A stretch of 64,000 bases of DNA from Candidatus Aenigmatarchaeota archaeon (lineage in GTDB: Archaea > Aenigmatarchaeota > Aenigmatarchaeia > CG10238-14 > SCSR01): the NCBI GenBank assembly GCA_039000425.1, contig JAWBPV010000001.1:38-64037 (forward strand), read 5' to 3'. Both the position numbers and the translations under genes were made by a program. The notes beneath the pieces are model-generated. The model saw nothing but the letters and a program-made list of their open reading frames with translations, did no database searches and was not told the origin of the DNA. Numbering within the stretch: the stretch's first letter is position 1; every line of letters starts with the position of its first letter. This document shows positions 41,350 to 49,517 of the stretch, piece by piece.

Positions 41350-41417
41350 AAAAATTAACATTTAGCCACTTTTGTTGGAAGAAACTCATTTTAACACTTG
41401 AGTTATAACGAAATCTT

Positions 41418-42203
41418 GTGGAAAAAGAAGAGATAATCTGGACCTTGCAAAAATTTGGTATGACTGAATACGAATCTAGAGCTTATTTTACGCTCGTTTT
41501 ATTAGGACCAGCAAAAGCTCTGGAAGTAAGCAAACAAGCTTCAATACCACAATCAAAAATTTACTCTGCTCTGGAAAGTTTGATGAAGAAACAATTAGTT
41601 GAAATGTTTGATGGTAGACCAAAGCTTTTCAAGGCCATTGAACCAAAACTCGCTATAAGAGACCTCCTTAAAGCCAAAGAGCAAGAATTTTCTAGTCTAA
41701 AACAAAAAGCGTTGTCCATAAGCAAATTATTAAAACCCATTCATATCGATGAAGATGAAGTTGAGGGAATTTGGGTTCAAAGGGGTGAGAAATATATGGA
41801 AATGATCGATAAGACGGCTGAGATGGTGAAAAATGCTAAGAAATACGTTTATGGAATCTCCAAAGATTTTTCATTTTCTTCTAAATTCAGAAAAGCTGTT
41901 CTTCAATCCAGGAAAAAGGGTGTTGATGTTTACATAATGGCAACGAGACTTGATTCTCAAAGAATGACGAGCGCAAAATGGTATTTAGAGCATGGTATAA
42001 AAATAGGTATTTTTGAGGTAGAAACTCACCCAAATGTGATTGTCATTGATGGAAGAGAAGCATCTCTAAGACTTGAATCCAAGGATAACGGATTCCATTC
42101 TATTTGGTCTAAAGATACTTGCTTCGTTAAAATGATTGATATGTATTTAAAAAGTTTGTGGGAAAAATCTAGGAAAATAAATTTGTTTGATTTTGGAAGT
42201 TGA
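41418..42203 (+). CDS. TrmB family transcriptional regulator
   Basis: FGMTEYESRAY...IPQSKIYSAL; clear paralogue of 40325..41143. Confidence 0.9.
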   Translation: MEKEEIIWTLQKFGMTEYESRAYFTLVLLGPAKALEVSKQASIPQSKIYSALESLMKKQLVEMFDGRPKLFKAIEPKLAIRDLLKAKEQEFSSLKQKALSISKLLKPIHIDEDEVEGIWVQRGEKYMEMIDKTAEMVKNAKKYVYGISKDFSFSSKFRKAVLQSRKKGVDVYIMATRLDSQRMTSAKWYLEHGIKIGIFEVETHPNVIVIDGREASLRLESKDNGFHSIWSKDTCFVKMIDMYLKSLWEKSRKINLFDFGS

Positions 42204-42256
42204 ACTCAAAATTAAAAAATTTAAACTTATTTACTTCTACTTCCAAAAATTAATTC

Positions 42257-43138
42257 ATGAAAAAAGCTGTGTATTTTTTCTTCACAATTTTTTCCCTATT
42301 TTTCGTTACAAACGTTAATGCACAAACTCCCCTGACACCTGGTACCCTAACATTTGATGTTCAACCGATATTCTTAAGGGGGGAAGGTATTTACCTTTCA
42401 GGAAATTCGAGCTACATAGCAGCTTATGTTCAAGCCTATTATCCTGATTTCTCCTACAAGATGATAGGGATGGATTGTTATTTGAACGGTGATGAATTCA
42501 CTGCAACTCAAAATTGTTCTGTTCAGTTTTATCCGGAAAAAGGTATTTGCACCATACTTTCACCAGTTTATAAACCTCTACATGAGATGAATGAAATTAA
42601 ATGTAAAATTTATGACCCAGAAAATAAAGCAATTACTTCAACTTATATCAACAAAACTTTTCTACCACTCAACTTTTCTGCTTGGATTCATGAGTATTCA
42701 ACTCTAGTTGGAGAAGAATTCAATTTCCCAATAATCATAAAAAATTATGGTTTGTTTAAGGATGTTTACAAAATCAAAGTTTGTGTTAAGACAGGAACTT
42801 CAGAATGTAGAGCAAGCTCCCCTGGAGCAATCGTTTTGTCTCCAACAGAATTCGAAGTTGAATTGAATGGTGATACTTTTGATCCAGATTTTTGGAATCA
42901 AACAGGACCTGGGGTAAAAGAAGTTTACGCCAAGCTGATGATTTTAGATGCAAGTGTTAATTCTTATGTTTACGTTAATATAACTTCTTCCTTAAATTCA
43001 ACAATATTCAAACAACTCACTGCAACTATAACAGCAAAAGCTAGAAGCTTATCTGAACTTAATTTACCTGAGATTATTCTTTTATTTTTACTCGCAACGG
43101 TTTTTATTTTTAAATTTAAATCAAAATTGGGTCCGTAG
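42257..43138 (+). CDS. Secreted, C-terminally anchored surface protein
   Basis: Signal peptide, beta-rich body, C-terminal TM helix plus basic tail; stop codon lies inside tRNA-Val. Confidence 0.7.
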   Translation: MKKAVYFFFTIFSLFFVTNVNAQTPLTPGTLTFDVQPIFLRGEGIYLSGNSSYIAAYVQAYYPDFSYKMIGMDCYLNGDEFTATQNCSVQFYPEKGICTILSPVYKPLHEMNEIKCKIYDPENKAITSTYINKTFLPLNFSAWIHEYSTLVGEEFNFPIIIKNYGLFKDVYKIKVCVKTGTSECRASSPGAIVLSPTEFEVELNGDTFDPDFWNQTGPGVKEVYAKLMILDASVNSYVYVNITSSLNSTIFKQLTATITAKARSLSELNLPEIILLFLLATVFIFKFKSKLGP

Positions 43139-43199
43139 TCTAACGGTAGGACGCCACCCTTACAAGGTGGAGAAGGGAGTTCGATTCTCCCCGGACCCA
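43129..43199 (+). tRNA. tRNA-Val (TAC), no intron
   Basis: GGGTCCG/CGGACCC acceptor, CCACC-CT-TAC-AA-GGTGG, GGGAG-TTCGATT-CTCCC. Confidence 0.95.
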
Positions 43200-43201
43200 T
43201 C

Positions 43202-43579
43202 ATGAAGATACGAGAAACTTTCGGTAGAGTCGTGAACTTGGTACAAACTAAAGGTATGGAAAAAGCTCTGGAGTTGTTAGAACTGAACAAAAAAACAATT
43301 GAGAATTGTTTGAAGAAGCGGGAATATTTAATTCAACTAAAGGATTTCGATGTCGTGATCGATAAAAAGGATGAATTCAATCAAATAACTCTTTATTTAA
43401 GCGAGAAGAAATGGAGTAAAAAACTTTTAGTAAGTTTGAAGAAATCTTCTGAGTTCAAGTCTATGGTCGTGTTACTTGGGAATATAAAAATAGGTAAAAA
43501 AGTTTATGAGTTAAGGATTGGTGCTTTCGGGTTTCCAACATCGGAATTAATTAAAGCTATCTTACAATTCAAGAAATAA
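43202..43579 (+). CDS. Hypothetical protein
   Basis: 125-aa ORF starting 2 nt after tRNA-Val. Confidence 0.55.
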   Translation: MKIRETFGRVVNLVQTKGMEKALELLELNKKTIENCLKKREYLIQLKDFDVVIDKKDEFNQITLYLSEKKWSKKLLVSLKKSSEFKSMVVLLGNIKIGKKVYELRIGAFGFPTSELIKAILQFKK

Positions 43580-44071
43580 TTTCATCAATTCTTCAGGAAG
43601 TTTTTCTCTGTTTTTCAAGTTCACTTCTAAAACTTTACCAAACTTTTCGAATCCTTTAACAAAATTTCTATGAACTACTGCGATTATTGGTTTATCCGAT
43701 GAAAGTAGAGATAGTACTTTTTTCTTAAAATTTTCGCTCAAGAATTCCATTTTCCCTATTTCATCTATAACAACAACATCACAGTTTTCACTTGCAAAAT
43801 CTATTGCTGGTAAAGCGACTTTTTCAAAAGAGTACAAATCTATTCCGTACTTCCCTAATCTTGGACCGATTTTTAAATTAACGCTCGCAAAAACTTCCAT
43901 GATTTGGGAAAAAACATCTTTGACGTAAAAGCCTACCCTTTTACCTTTCTCCCTTATTTCTGGGGTAATTATTCCTCCAACTTTTAGGCCATTTTTCCTC
44001 AACAAATCCACTGTTTTCATCAAAACTGTAGATTTACCACATCCTGGTTCACCTGTTAGGAATATTTTCAT
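43562..44071 (-). CDS. Nucleoside-triphosphatase (THEP1/NTPase_1 family)
   Basis: MKIFLTGEPGCGKST, VIDEIGKME; start re-assigned to ATG at 44071 because the track's extension runs through the tRNA. Confidence 0.92.
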   Translation of the reverse strand: MKIFLTGEPGCGKSTVLMKTVDLLRKNGLKVGGIITPEIREKGKRVGFYVKDVFSQIMEVFASVNLKIGPRLGKYGIDLYSFEKVALPAIDFASENCDVVVIDEIGKMEFLSENFKKKVLSLLSSDKPIIAVVHRNFVKGFEKFGKVLEVNLKNREKLPEELMKLFLEL

Positions 44072-44107
44072 AATTCTTAAAATGTTGTCAGAATTGAAGA
44101 AGTTTGA

Positions 44108-44211
44108 TAGCGGGGCCTGGATTTGAACCAGGGACCTCCGGGTTATGAGCCCGGCGAGCATTCTGACAAGATCTCCAGGCTGCTCCATTGCGGTTCGATT
44201 AAATCCCCGCT
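44108..44211 (-). tRNA. Initiator tRNA-Met (CAT) with two non-canonical introns (17 nt at 7/8, 44188-44204; 12 nt in D-loop, 44161-44172)
   Basis: Removing both inserts gives a 75-nt cloverleaf AGCGGGG-TG-GAGC-AGCCTGGAGT-GCTC-G-CCGGG-CT-CAT-AA-CCCGG-AGGTC-CCTGG-TTCAAAT-CCAGG-CCCCGCT-A with A1-U72 and three G-C pairs in the anticodon stem. Confidence 0.88.
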
Positions 44212-44344
44212 AGAGCTCAGCCTTTCATCCCTCCCCGCTATCTTTTAGTTGGTTTTCATTTAAATTTAAATCTTATTTTAGAATTCACTTACCGCTTAAG
44301 TTAAAAAATCAAATATGACCTTACTTTCCAATCTTCGAACATGA

Positions 44345-44653
44345 GTGAAATTAAAAGATTGGAAAAAATGTTGTTTGGGTGGGAAAGTGGGAAAAAGTAA
44401 CTTTTGGAAAGGGTTAGGTTCGTTGGTATCGATGGTTGGTGGGGCTGGAGCAGGCTACTTAGTAGCACAATGTGGCTCAATAGTTTATTTAGCGTGCAGA
44501 GAAATAACGAGCTTTCTTACAGGAAATCCTATAACAGATATTCCACAGATATTGAAAGATTATTCAATCTACACATCTGCAGCTGCTCTAATAGGTGAAG
44601 TGGGGGGTTACATATTACATAAAAAAATTTGGAAATTATTAGGGGGTGAGTAA
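44345..44653 (+). CDS. Small membrane protein with glycine-rich helices
   Basis: GSLVSMVGGAGAGYL and AALIGEVGGYI helices; start may be the later GTG. Confidence 0.55.
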   Translation: MKLKDWKKCCLGGKVGKSNFWKGLGSLVSMVGGAGAGYLVAQCGSIVYLACREITSFLTGNPITDIPQILKDYSIYTSAAALIGEVGGYILHKKIWKLLGGE

Positions 44654-44935
44654 ATGGTGAAATTGGGAGAAATAGATGTTGGAACTAAAGATTTGATAGT
44701 ACTACTTGCTGGAGCTTTGGTCGGGTATTACGTGAGAAAACCTATAGAAGAAAAGAGAAAGGTGGAAAAAGAAAGCGAAGCTCATTTGATAGGTAAAACT
44801 GCAGCACAATATGTTGCAAATGAGTTAAGAGCTCTTGGAATAGGACCTGAAAGTTACAAAGCGATAGATGAGCTTACAGCAACTTTAAAAGAGCTTAAAG
44901 AAGAGTTGAAGAGATATAGGGGAAAGGATGGTTGA
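44654..44935 (+). CDS. Small membrane-anchored coiled-coil protein
   Basis: LLAGALVGYYV helix followed by coiled coil; GGGGTGAG SD upstream. Confidence 0.65.
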   Translation: MVKLGEIDVGTKDLIVLLAGALVGYYVRKPIEEKRKVEKESEAHLIGKTAAQYVANELRALGIGPESYKAIDELTATLKELKEELKRYRGKDG

Positions 44936-45116
44936 AGAAACTGAAATAATTTCCATCATGTATGGCCTTTTGAAAGGATTGAAAGCCTACAGAGAAGCTT
45001 ACAACGAACTCAATAACAACAAAGAAGAAACTAATGATGTGAGTTTGGAAGAAATAGTAAAAAGGTACAAACAAATAGAAGAATTACTCTCGATAATAGG
45101 AAAGGTGTTCAGATGA
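44928..45116 (+). CDS. Small hypothetical protein
   Basis: 62-aa ORF overlapping or abutting both neighbours. Confidence 0.55.
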   Translation: MVEETEIISIMYGLLKGLKAYREAYNELNNNKEETNDVSLEEIVKRYKQIEELLSIIGKVFR

Positions 45117-45452
45117 ATGAAGACTTATCTTTCAAGAATACTGGAATATTCGAAATTGATTAAAGAAATAGAAATAGCTGGAGAAGAACATTTAAAAATT
45201 ATCTCCAAAAACCGTGAACATTATTTGAAGGGAGTTGAAGATCTGAAAACCAGGATTGCTTCTGATAATTTCCTAACAAAAGAAGATAAAGAAAGGATGT
45301 TGAAGAAAATATCGGAATATGTAGAAATTTTTGAGAAAAAGGAGGATGGGTTAGATTTTAATTCTTTCCTATTGGGTATTCTTATAACTTATTTGGCAAA
45401 AGAAGGGATAATATCCGAAATTATCGAATCTTTCAAGGATTTTTTTGAGTGA
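45117..45452 (+). CDS. Hypothetical protein with C-terminal hydrophobic helix
   Basis: 111-aa ORF abutting upstream stop; FLLGILITYLA. Confidence 0.55.
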   Translation: MKTYLSRILEYSKLIKEIEIAGEEHLKIISKNREHYLKGVEDLKTRIASDNFLTKEDKERMLKKISEYVEIFEKKEDGLDFNSFLLGILITYLAKEGIISEIIESFKDFFE

Positions 45453-45720
45453 TATTATGCCAACTCGTAACATCCACAAAAAAATTTCAAAAATTGTGAC
45501 TGGAAATTATTGTGAAAAAACAAACATCGTTATTGATTATCCTGTCAAGCTATTTGGTAAAAAACACAGGAAATTTTTCCATGATCCGATTTCAGTAGTG
45601 ATGATTGGATTAATGTGTGATGGTATAGATGGAACAATTTCCGGTATACTACACGTGGTAACAGACAATTATTGCTCCAAATATCCATTGCTTAAAAAAT
45701 TCTTGAAGTATTTATTTTAA
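45445..45720 (+). CDS. Small putative metal-dependent hydrolase
   Basis: MP...H, ID, HRKFFHD, HVVTD metal-ligand pattern. Confidence 0.55.
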   Translation: MSDIMPTRNIHKKISKIVTGNYCEKTNIVIDYPVKLFGKKHRKFFHDPISVVMIGLMCDGIDGTISGILHVVTDNYCSKYPLLKKFLKYLF

Positions 45721-46617
45721 TTTTATTTGCATGAAATCGTGAGCAACTTTTGTGTTTGGAAATATTTTCTTTGCTTCTTCTTCAAGTTCACTTACATCAG
45801 TGTAGCGTCTACTTATATGTGTTAAAATTAGTTGTTTAACGTTAGCCTCTTTAGCTATCTTAGCTGCTTGTTTTACATCGGCATGTGATTTACCTTCCTC
45901 CTCTTCTAGGAAAGTTCCATCATGTATTAACAAATCTGCATTTCTCGAAATTTTTAATACGTTATCACATGGTCTTGTATCTCCTGTGTAAACTATTTTT
46001 ATTCCTGGTCTTAAATTAGCCACTTCTTCTATCCTTATTTCCCTACCCTTATGATCAATTTTTCCAAATTTTTTGAGCTTTCTCAACCAAGCTCCACTTT
46101 TTAATCCCAATTCTCTCAACTTTTTTGGATTCACGTTCCATCTAGGTTTTTCTTGAAAACAATAAGCTACGGAAGGAACTGTGTGTAAAACTGGAACAGA
46201 AAGTATCTGATATTCTTTTTCTTCATCCACAACATCTATCCTTTCGCCTTCAAAACCCACGTTCATAGCTTTAATAGGAAACCTTAGACCAAAATAACCC
46301 AATTCTAGAATTTTTGACACAAATTTTTCGGCTTCTGGTCCAAAAATTTTCAATTCATTCTTCCTTTTTTCCAAGCTCATCGTTTGAATCAATGGTATTA
46401 AACCTGCGAAATGGTCTGCATGCCAATGAGTAATGAAAATTTTATTTATCTTCATGAAGCTTATGTTGGATTTCATGAGTTGTTTTTGAGTACCTTCACC
46501 ACAATCGAATAATATGGTATCTTTTTCCCTACCAAAGTATTCCAAAACTATGGCCGGATGATTTCTTTCTTTGCTGGGAACTCCCGAAACTGTACCAAGA
46601 AAAGTTATCTGTATCAT
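45712..46617 (-). CDS. rnz: Ribonuclease Z
   Basis: FLGT..GVP..RN, DCGEGTQ, THWHADH, TGDT, THISRRY. Confidence 0.96.
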   Translation of the reverse strand: MIQITFLGTVSGVPSKERNHPAIVLEYFGREKDTILFDCGEGTQKQLMKSNISFMKINKIFITHWHADHFAGLIPLIQTMSLEKRKNELKIFGPEAEKFVSKILELGYFGLRFPIKAMNVGFEGERIDVVDEEKEYQILSVPVLHTVPSVAYCFQEKPRWNVNPKKLRELGLKSGAWLRKLKKFGKIDHKGREIRIEEVANLRPGIKIVYTGDTRPCDNVLKISRNADLLIHDGTFLEEEEGKSHADVKQAAKIAKEANVKQLILTHISRRYTDVSELEEEAKKIFPNTKVAHDFMQIKLK

Positions 46618-46619
46618 TA

Positions 46620-48059
46620 TTACACCAAACTCTTCTTCTCAAAATACTCCCTTAAAAATACTCCCAGCTCTCTATTTTTTTTGATTAAGTCTATTATTTT
46701 CTCAACATCAGAAATTATCTCAAAACCTTTGGATATCTGTTCTGCTATATGGTTTGGAATACCTTTCGCTTTTAAAGTGTTAACATCTTTATTCAAAGTA
46801 TCAAAAAGTTTTTCCTTCGCCGTCATGAATTTTCTTTTAATTTCAACAACCCAATTGTTTCCCTCGATGAATGGCCCATTTATAGCTGAAGTTTTATATT
46901 TTTCCAAGAATCTTTTTGAATCGTCCAAATCAAAAACTTCTGGTCCTACTTTTTTCTGTACTGTAGGTAAGTTGTAAACTTCCATCTCAAGTAAAATTAT
47001 CGCCAAATCTTTCTCATTAGTGTAATAATTTTTTCTCAAAACCTTGAACTCATACTTCACCTCTTCTAAAATTTTTTCAAGTCTTTCAGCAAATCTTCTT
47101 AGTTGAGGCCAAAGGATATCTGGCACGATTTCAGGTGGAGAAAATTTTATTAAAATCAACTCTGTTCTTCTTTCCAAAAGCTTCTCTATCAACTCTTTCT
47201 CAGAAATTGGTTTAACTTCTTTTTCAAAAAACATCTCTTCTTTTGGATTTTCAAGAAATTCTTTAGCAAGTTTCTTGAATTTGAAGAAATTTTCTGCAGA
47301 TAGAGCTGCTGTCGTGTTTCTATTCTTGTCTGTAGGATCAATTAAAATTAAAGCTTGTTTTGAAAAAATTTTCTTCAACTTAAAAAAATCTTCTTTTTTG
47401 TAAAATTTCTCCAAATCTATTATTTCACCTGGTTTCCAATTTAACGCCTGTTTCAATACATTCAAAAAGCTCTTGAACTTTATTATTAGAAGTTCGCATG
47501 CATACCCTGAAAAACCTTGAGTCTTTGCGTCAGCGCCATAAATATTGTTTGCAGTCAAGAATTGTTTTAAAAGCCTTACTTGGTCTGAAAGTTTAAGTGG
47601 GAGATTTTTTTGAATGTATTTAACGTGAAAAGGTGTTCTATCAACAGCAGATTTCAAATTTTCAGTAGTTTTCACGTTGAAGCATGGTACTACGTCTATT
47701 TCTACTCCTTCAACATTACCTGAAACATAGGGATGTTGAGCGTATTTTATTTTAAAGCTACCGCCCAATTCTCTAATAATTTTTTTTCCAACTTCAAGGC
47801 CCTTTTTCTCAAGCTGTTCCATCGTGAATTCTGGTGGGAAAAGGATAAAGATGTCAAACTCTTTTTTACCTGGAAGCCAAGTATCTCTTGTGACACTCCC
47901 AGCAACCATTGACTTTGCTTTGAATTTTTTAGCCTCTTTTCTTGCAATTTTTAAACATTTCCTCAAAACAGATTTAAGCTTCCTTCTTTCTTCTTCAGAA
48001 GGTCTGATTTTTTTCAAAACACTTCTAAGAATTTTAGCATAATTAACCATATTTAACAA
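46620..48059 (-). CDS. cca: CCA-adding enzyme (archaeal class I)
   Basis: GSVTRDTWL...FDIF, YAQHPY, SAVDRTPFH, GFSGYACELL. Confidence 0.95.
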   Translation of the reverse strand: MLNMVNYAKILRSVLKKIRPSEEERRKLKSVLRKCLKIARKEAKKFKAKSMVAGSVTRDTWLPGKKEFDIFILFPPEFTMEQLEKKGLEVGKKIIRELGGSFKIKYAQHPYVSGNVEGVEIDVVPCFNVKTTENLKSAVDRTPFHVKYIQKNLPLKLSDQVRLLKQFLTANNIYGADAKTQGFSGYACELLIIKFKSFLNVLKQALNWKPGEIIDLEKFYKKEDFFKLKKIFSKQALILIDPTDKNRNTTAALSAENFFKFKKLAKEFLENPKEEMFFEKEVKPISEKELIEKLLERRTELILIKFSPPEIVPDILWPQLRRFAERLEKILEEVKYEFKVLRKNYYTNEKDLAIILLEMEVYNLPTVQKKVGPEVFDLDDSKRFLEKYKTSAINGPFIEGNNWVVEIKRKFMTAKEKLFDTLNKDVNTLKAKGIPNHIAEQISKGFEIISDVEKIIDLIKKNRELGVFLREYFEKKSLV

Positions 48060-48101
48060 TAAACTTGAAGAAAATAAATGTAAGTGGGGTTTAAAAAGTT
48101 T

Positions 48102-48152
48102 TTTACTACTTTAAAATAGTAAAGTTTAAATATTAGTACTACTATATAGTAA
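48102..48152 (+). promoter_or_regulatory. BRE/TATA box flanked by two TACT-N7-AGTA palindromes
   Basis: TACT-TTAAAAT-AGTA (48107-48121), TTTAAATA (48125-48132), TACT-ACTATAT-AGTA (48137-48151). Confidence 0.55.
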
Positions 48153-48155
48153 CAT

Positions 48156-48317
48156 ATGAATGGAAATAAGGAAGAATTGAAGTTTTTTGAAGAGCAACTC
48201 TACGAAGCCAAAAAAGCCTTGTTTGCAGCAAGAACAATAAAGCAAGCAAAATTTTTACAAAATAGGATAAAATATCTTTCTGAAAAAATTAAAGAAATTA
48301 AAGGTGAAATTGAATAA
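48156..48317 (+). CDS. Small helical hypothetical protein, 53 aa
   Basis: MNGNKEELKFFEEQLYEAKKALFAARTIKQAKFLQNRIKYLSEKIKEIKGEIE; ATG about 30 nt after TATA; not in ORF track. Confidence 0.55.
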   Translation: MNGNKEELKFFEEQLYEAKKALFAARTIKQAKFLQNRIKYLSEKIKEIKGEIE

Positions 48318-48398
48318 AGAAGAAGAAAACTTTTAATTTTTTATATTCTGTGATACAAAAAATTTTTTAAATTCTTTTTAACAATTTTAGGTTGGGTC

Positions 48399-49517
48399 TT
48401 GTTCCAAGCCGTTTTGGCACTAGAGGATGGAACAATACTTAAAGGTAAAGGCTTTGGTTATCCATCTGAAGCTTCTGGTGAAGTTGTGTTCAACACCGGA
48501 ATGGTTGGTTACACAGAATCTCTAACAGACCCCTCTTACAATGGACAAATATTGACACAAACTTGGATATTGATCGGAAATTATGGTGTTCCTCCGATTT
48601 CTATAGTTGATGAATTTAATTTTCCCTTACACTTTGAGTCCGAAAGAATACAAGTGAAAGGATATGTAGTTCAAGAAATTGTAAAAAAACCGAGCCACTG
48701 GTCAAACAATAAAAGCTTGGATGAATGGCTTTTCGAACATAAAATTCCAGGAATAGAAGGAATAGACACTCGGGAGTTAACAAAAAAACTGAGAAGTAAG
48801 GGTGTGATGCTTGGAATTTTGAAAGTTGGTGATAAAATTGATATAGAAGAAATAAAAGAAAAGATTAAAACCATAGAAGATCCTAATGAAAGGGATTTGG
48901 TGAAAGAAGTAAGTATTGAGAAACCAATAGAATATAGAAATGGTTCACCAGTTGTAGTGGTAATAGATTGTGGGGTTAAATTCGGGATATTGAGAAATTT
49001 AGCCGCGAGAAATGTGGATATAGTGAGGGTACCTTACGATTATTCTGTTGAAAAAATCTTAGAATACGAACCTTCTGGAATTCTTATATCGAATGGTCCT
49101 GGAGACCCTAAAAAATGTGAAAAAACTATTCAAACTGTAAAAGAACTTATGGAAACTGATCTGCCAATGATGGGGGTTTGCCTTGGTTGTCAAATCCTTG
49201 CTTTAGCTGCTTGTGCAGAAACTTTCAAACTCAAGTTTGGGCATCGTGGCTCAAACCATCCTGTTTTTGATTTGTTTGAAAGAAAATGTTATATCACGAG
49301 TCAAAACCATGGGTATGCTATAAATTCAAAAAGTTTGAAAGGAACTGAATTTGAAATTTGGTTCATAAATGTAAACGATAAAACTGTAGAAGGAATTAAA
49401 CATAAGAAGAAGCCAATATTTGCCACACAATTTCATCCTGAAGCTTCCCCTGGTCCTTATGAAACAGAATTTTTGTTTGATTTGTTTGTGAAGGAGGTGA
49501 AGGAATATAAGGGATGA
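48399..49517 (+). CDS. carA: Carbamoyl-phosphate synthase small subunit
   Basis: GEVVFNTGMVGY, SNGPGDP, GVCLG, QNHGY, QFHPE. Confidence 0.96.
   Translation: MFQAVLALEDGTILKGKGFGYPSEASGEVVFNTGMVGYTESLTDPSYNGQILTQTWILIGNYGVPPISIVDEFNFPLHFESERIQVKGYVVQEIVKKPSHWSNNKSLDEWLFEHKIPGIEGIDTRELTKKLRSKGVMLGILKVGDKIDIEEIKEKIKTIEDPNERDLVKEVSIEKPIEYRNGSPVVVVIDCGVKFGILRNLAARNVDIVRVPYDYSVEKILEYEPSGILISNGPGDPKKCEKTIQTVKELMETDLPMMGVCLGCQILALAACAETFKLKFGHRGSNHPVFDLFERKCYITSQNHGYAINSKSLKGTEFEIWFINVNDKTVEGIKHKKKPIFATQFHPEASPGPYETEFLFDLFVKEVKEYKG

Noticed and set aside
42970..43290. 106-aa minus-strand ORF
   Set aside because: Antisense to tRNA-Val and two plus-strand genes.
44072..44188. N-terminal extension of the NTPase ORF
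   Set aside because: It is the translation of the tRNA-iMet gene; the family starts at MKIFLTG.
44204..44240. TAGCGGGGA direct repeat as an att site of an integrated element
   Set aside because: The copies are only 28 nt apart at the tRNA 5' end, with no integrase and no distal copy seen.
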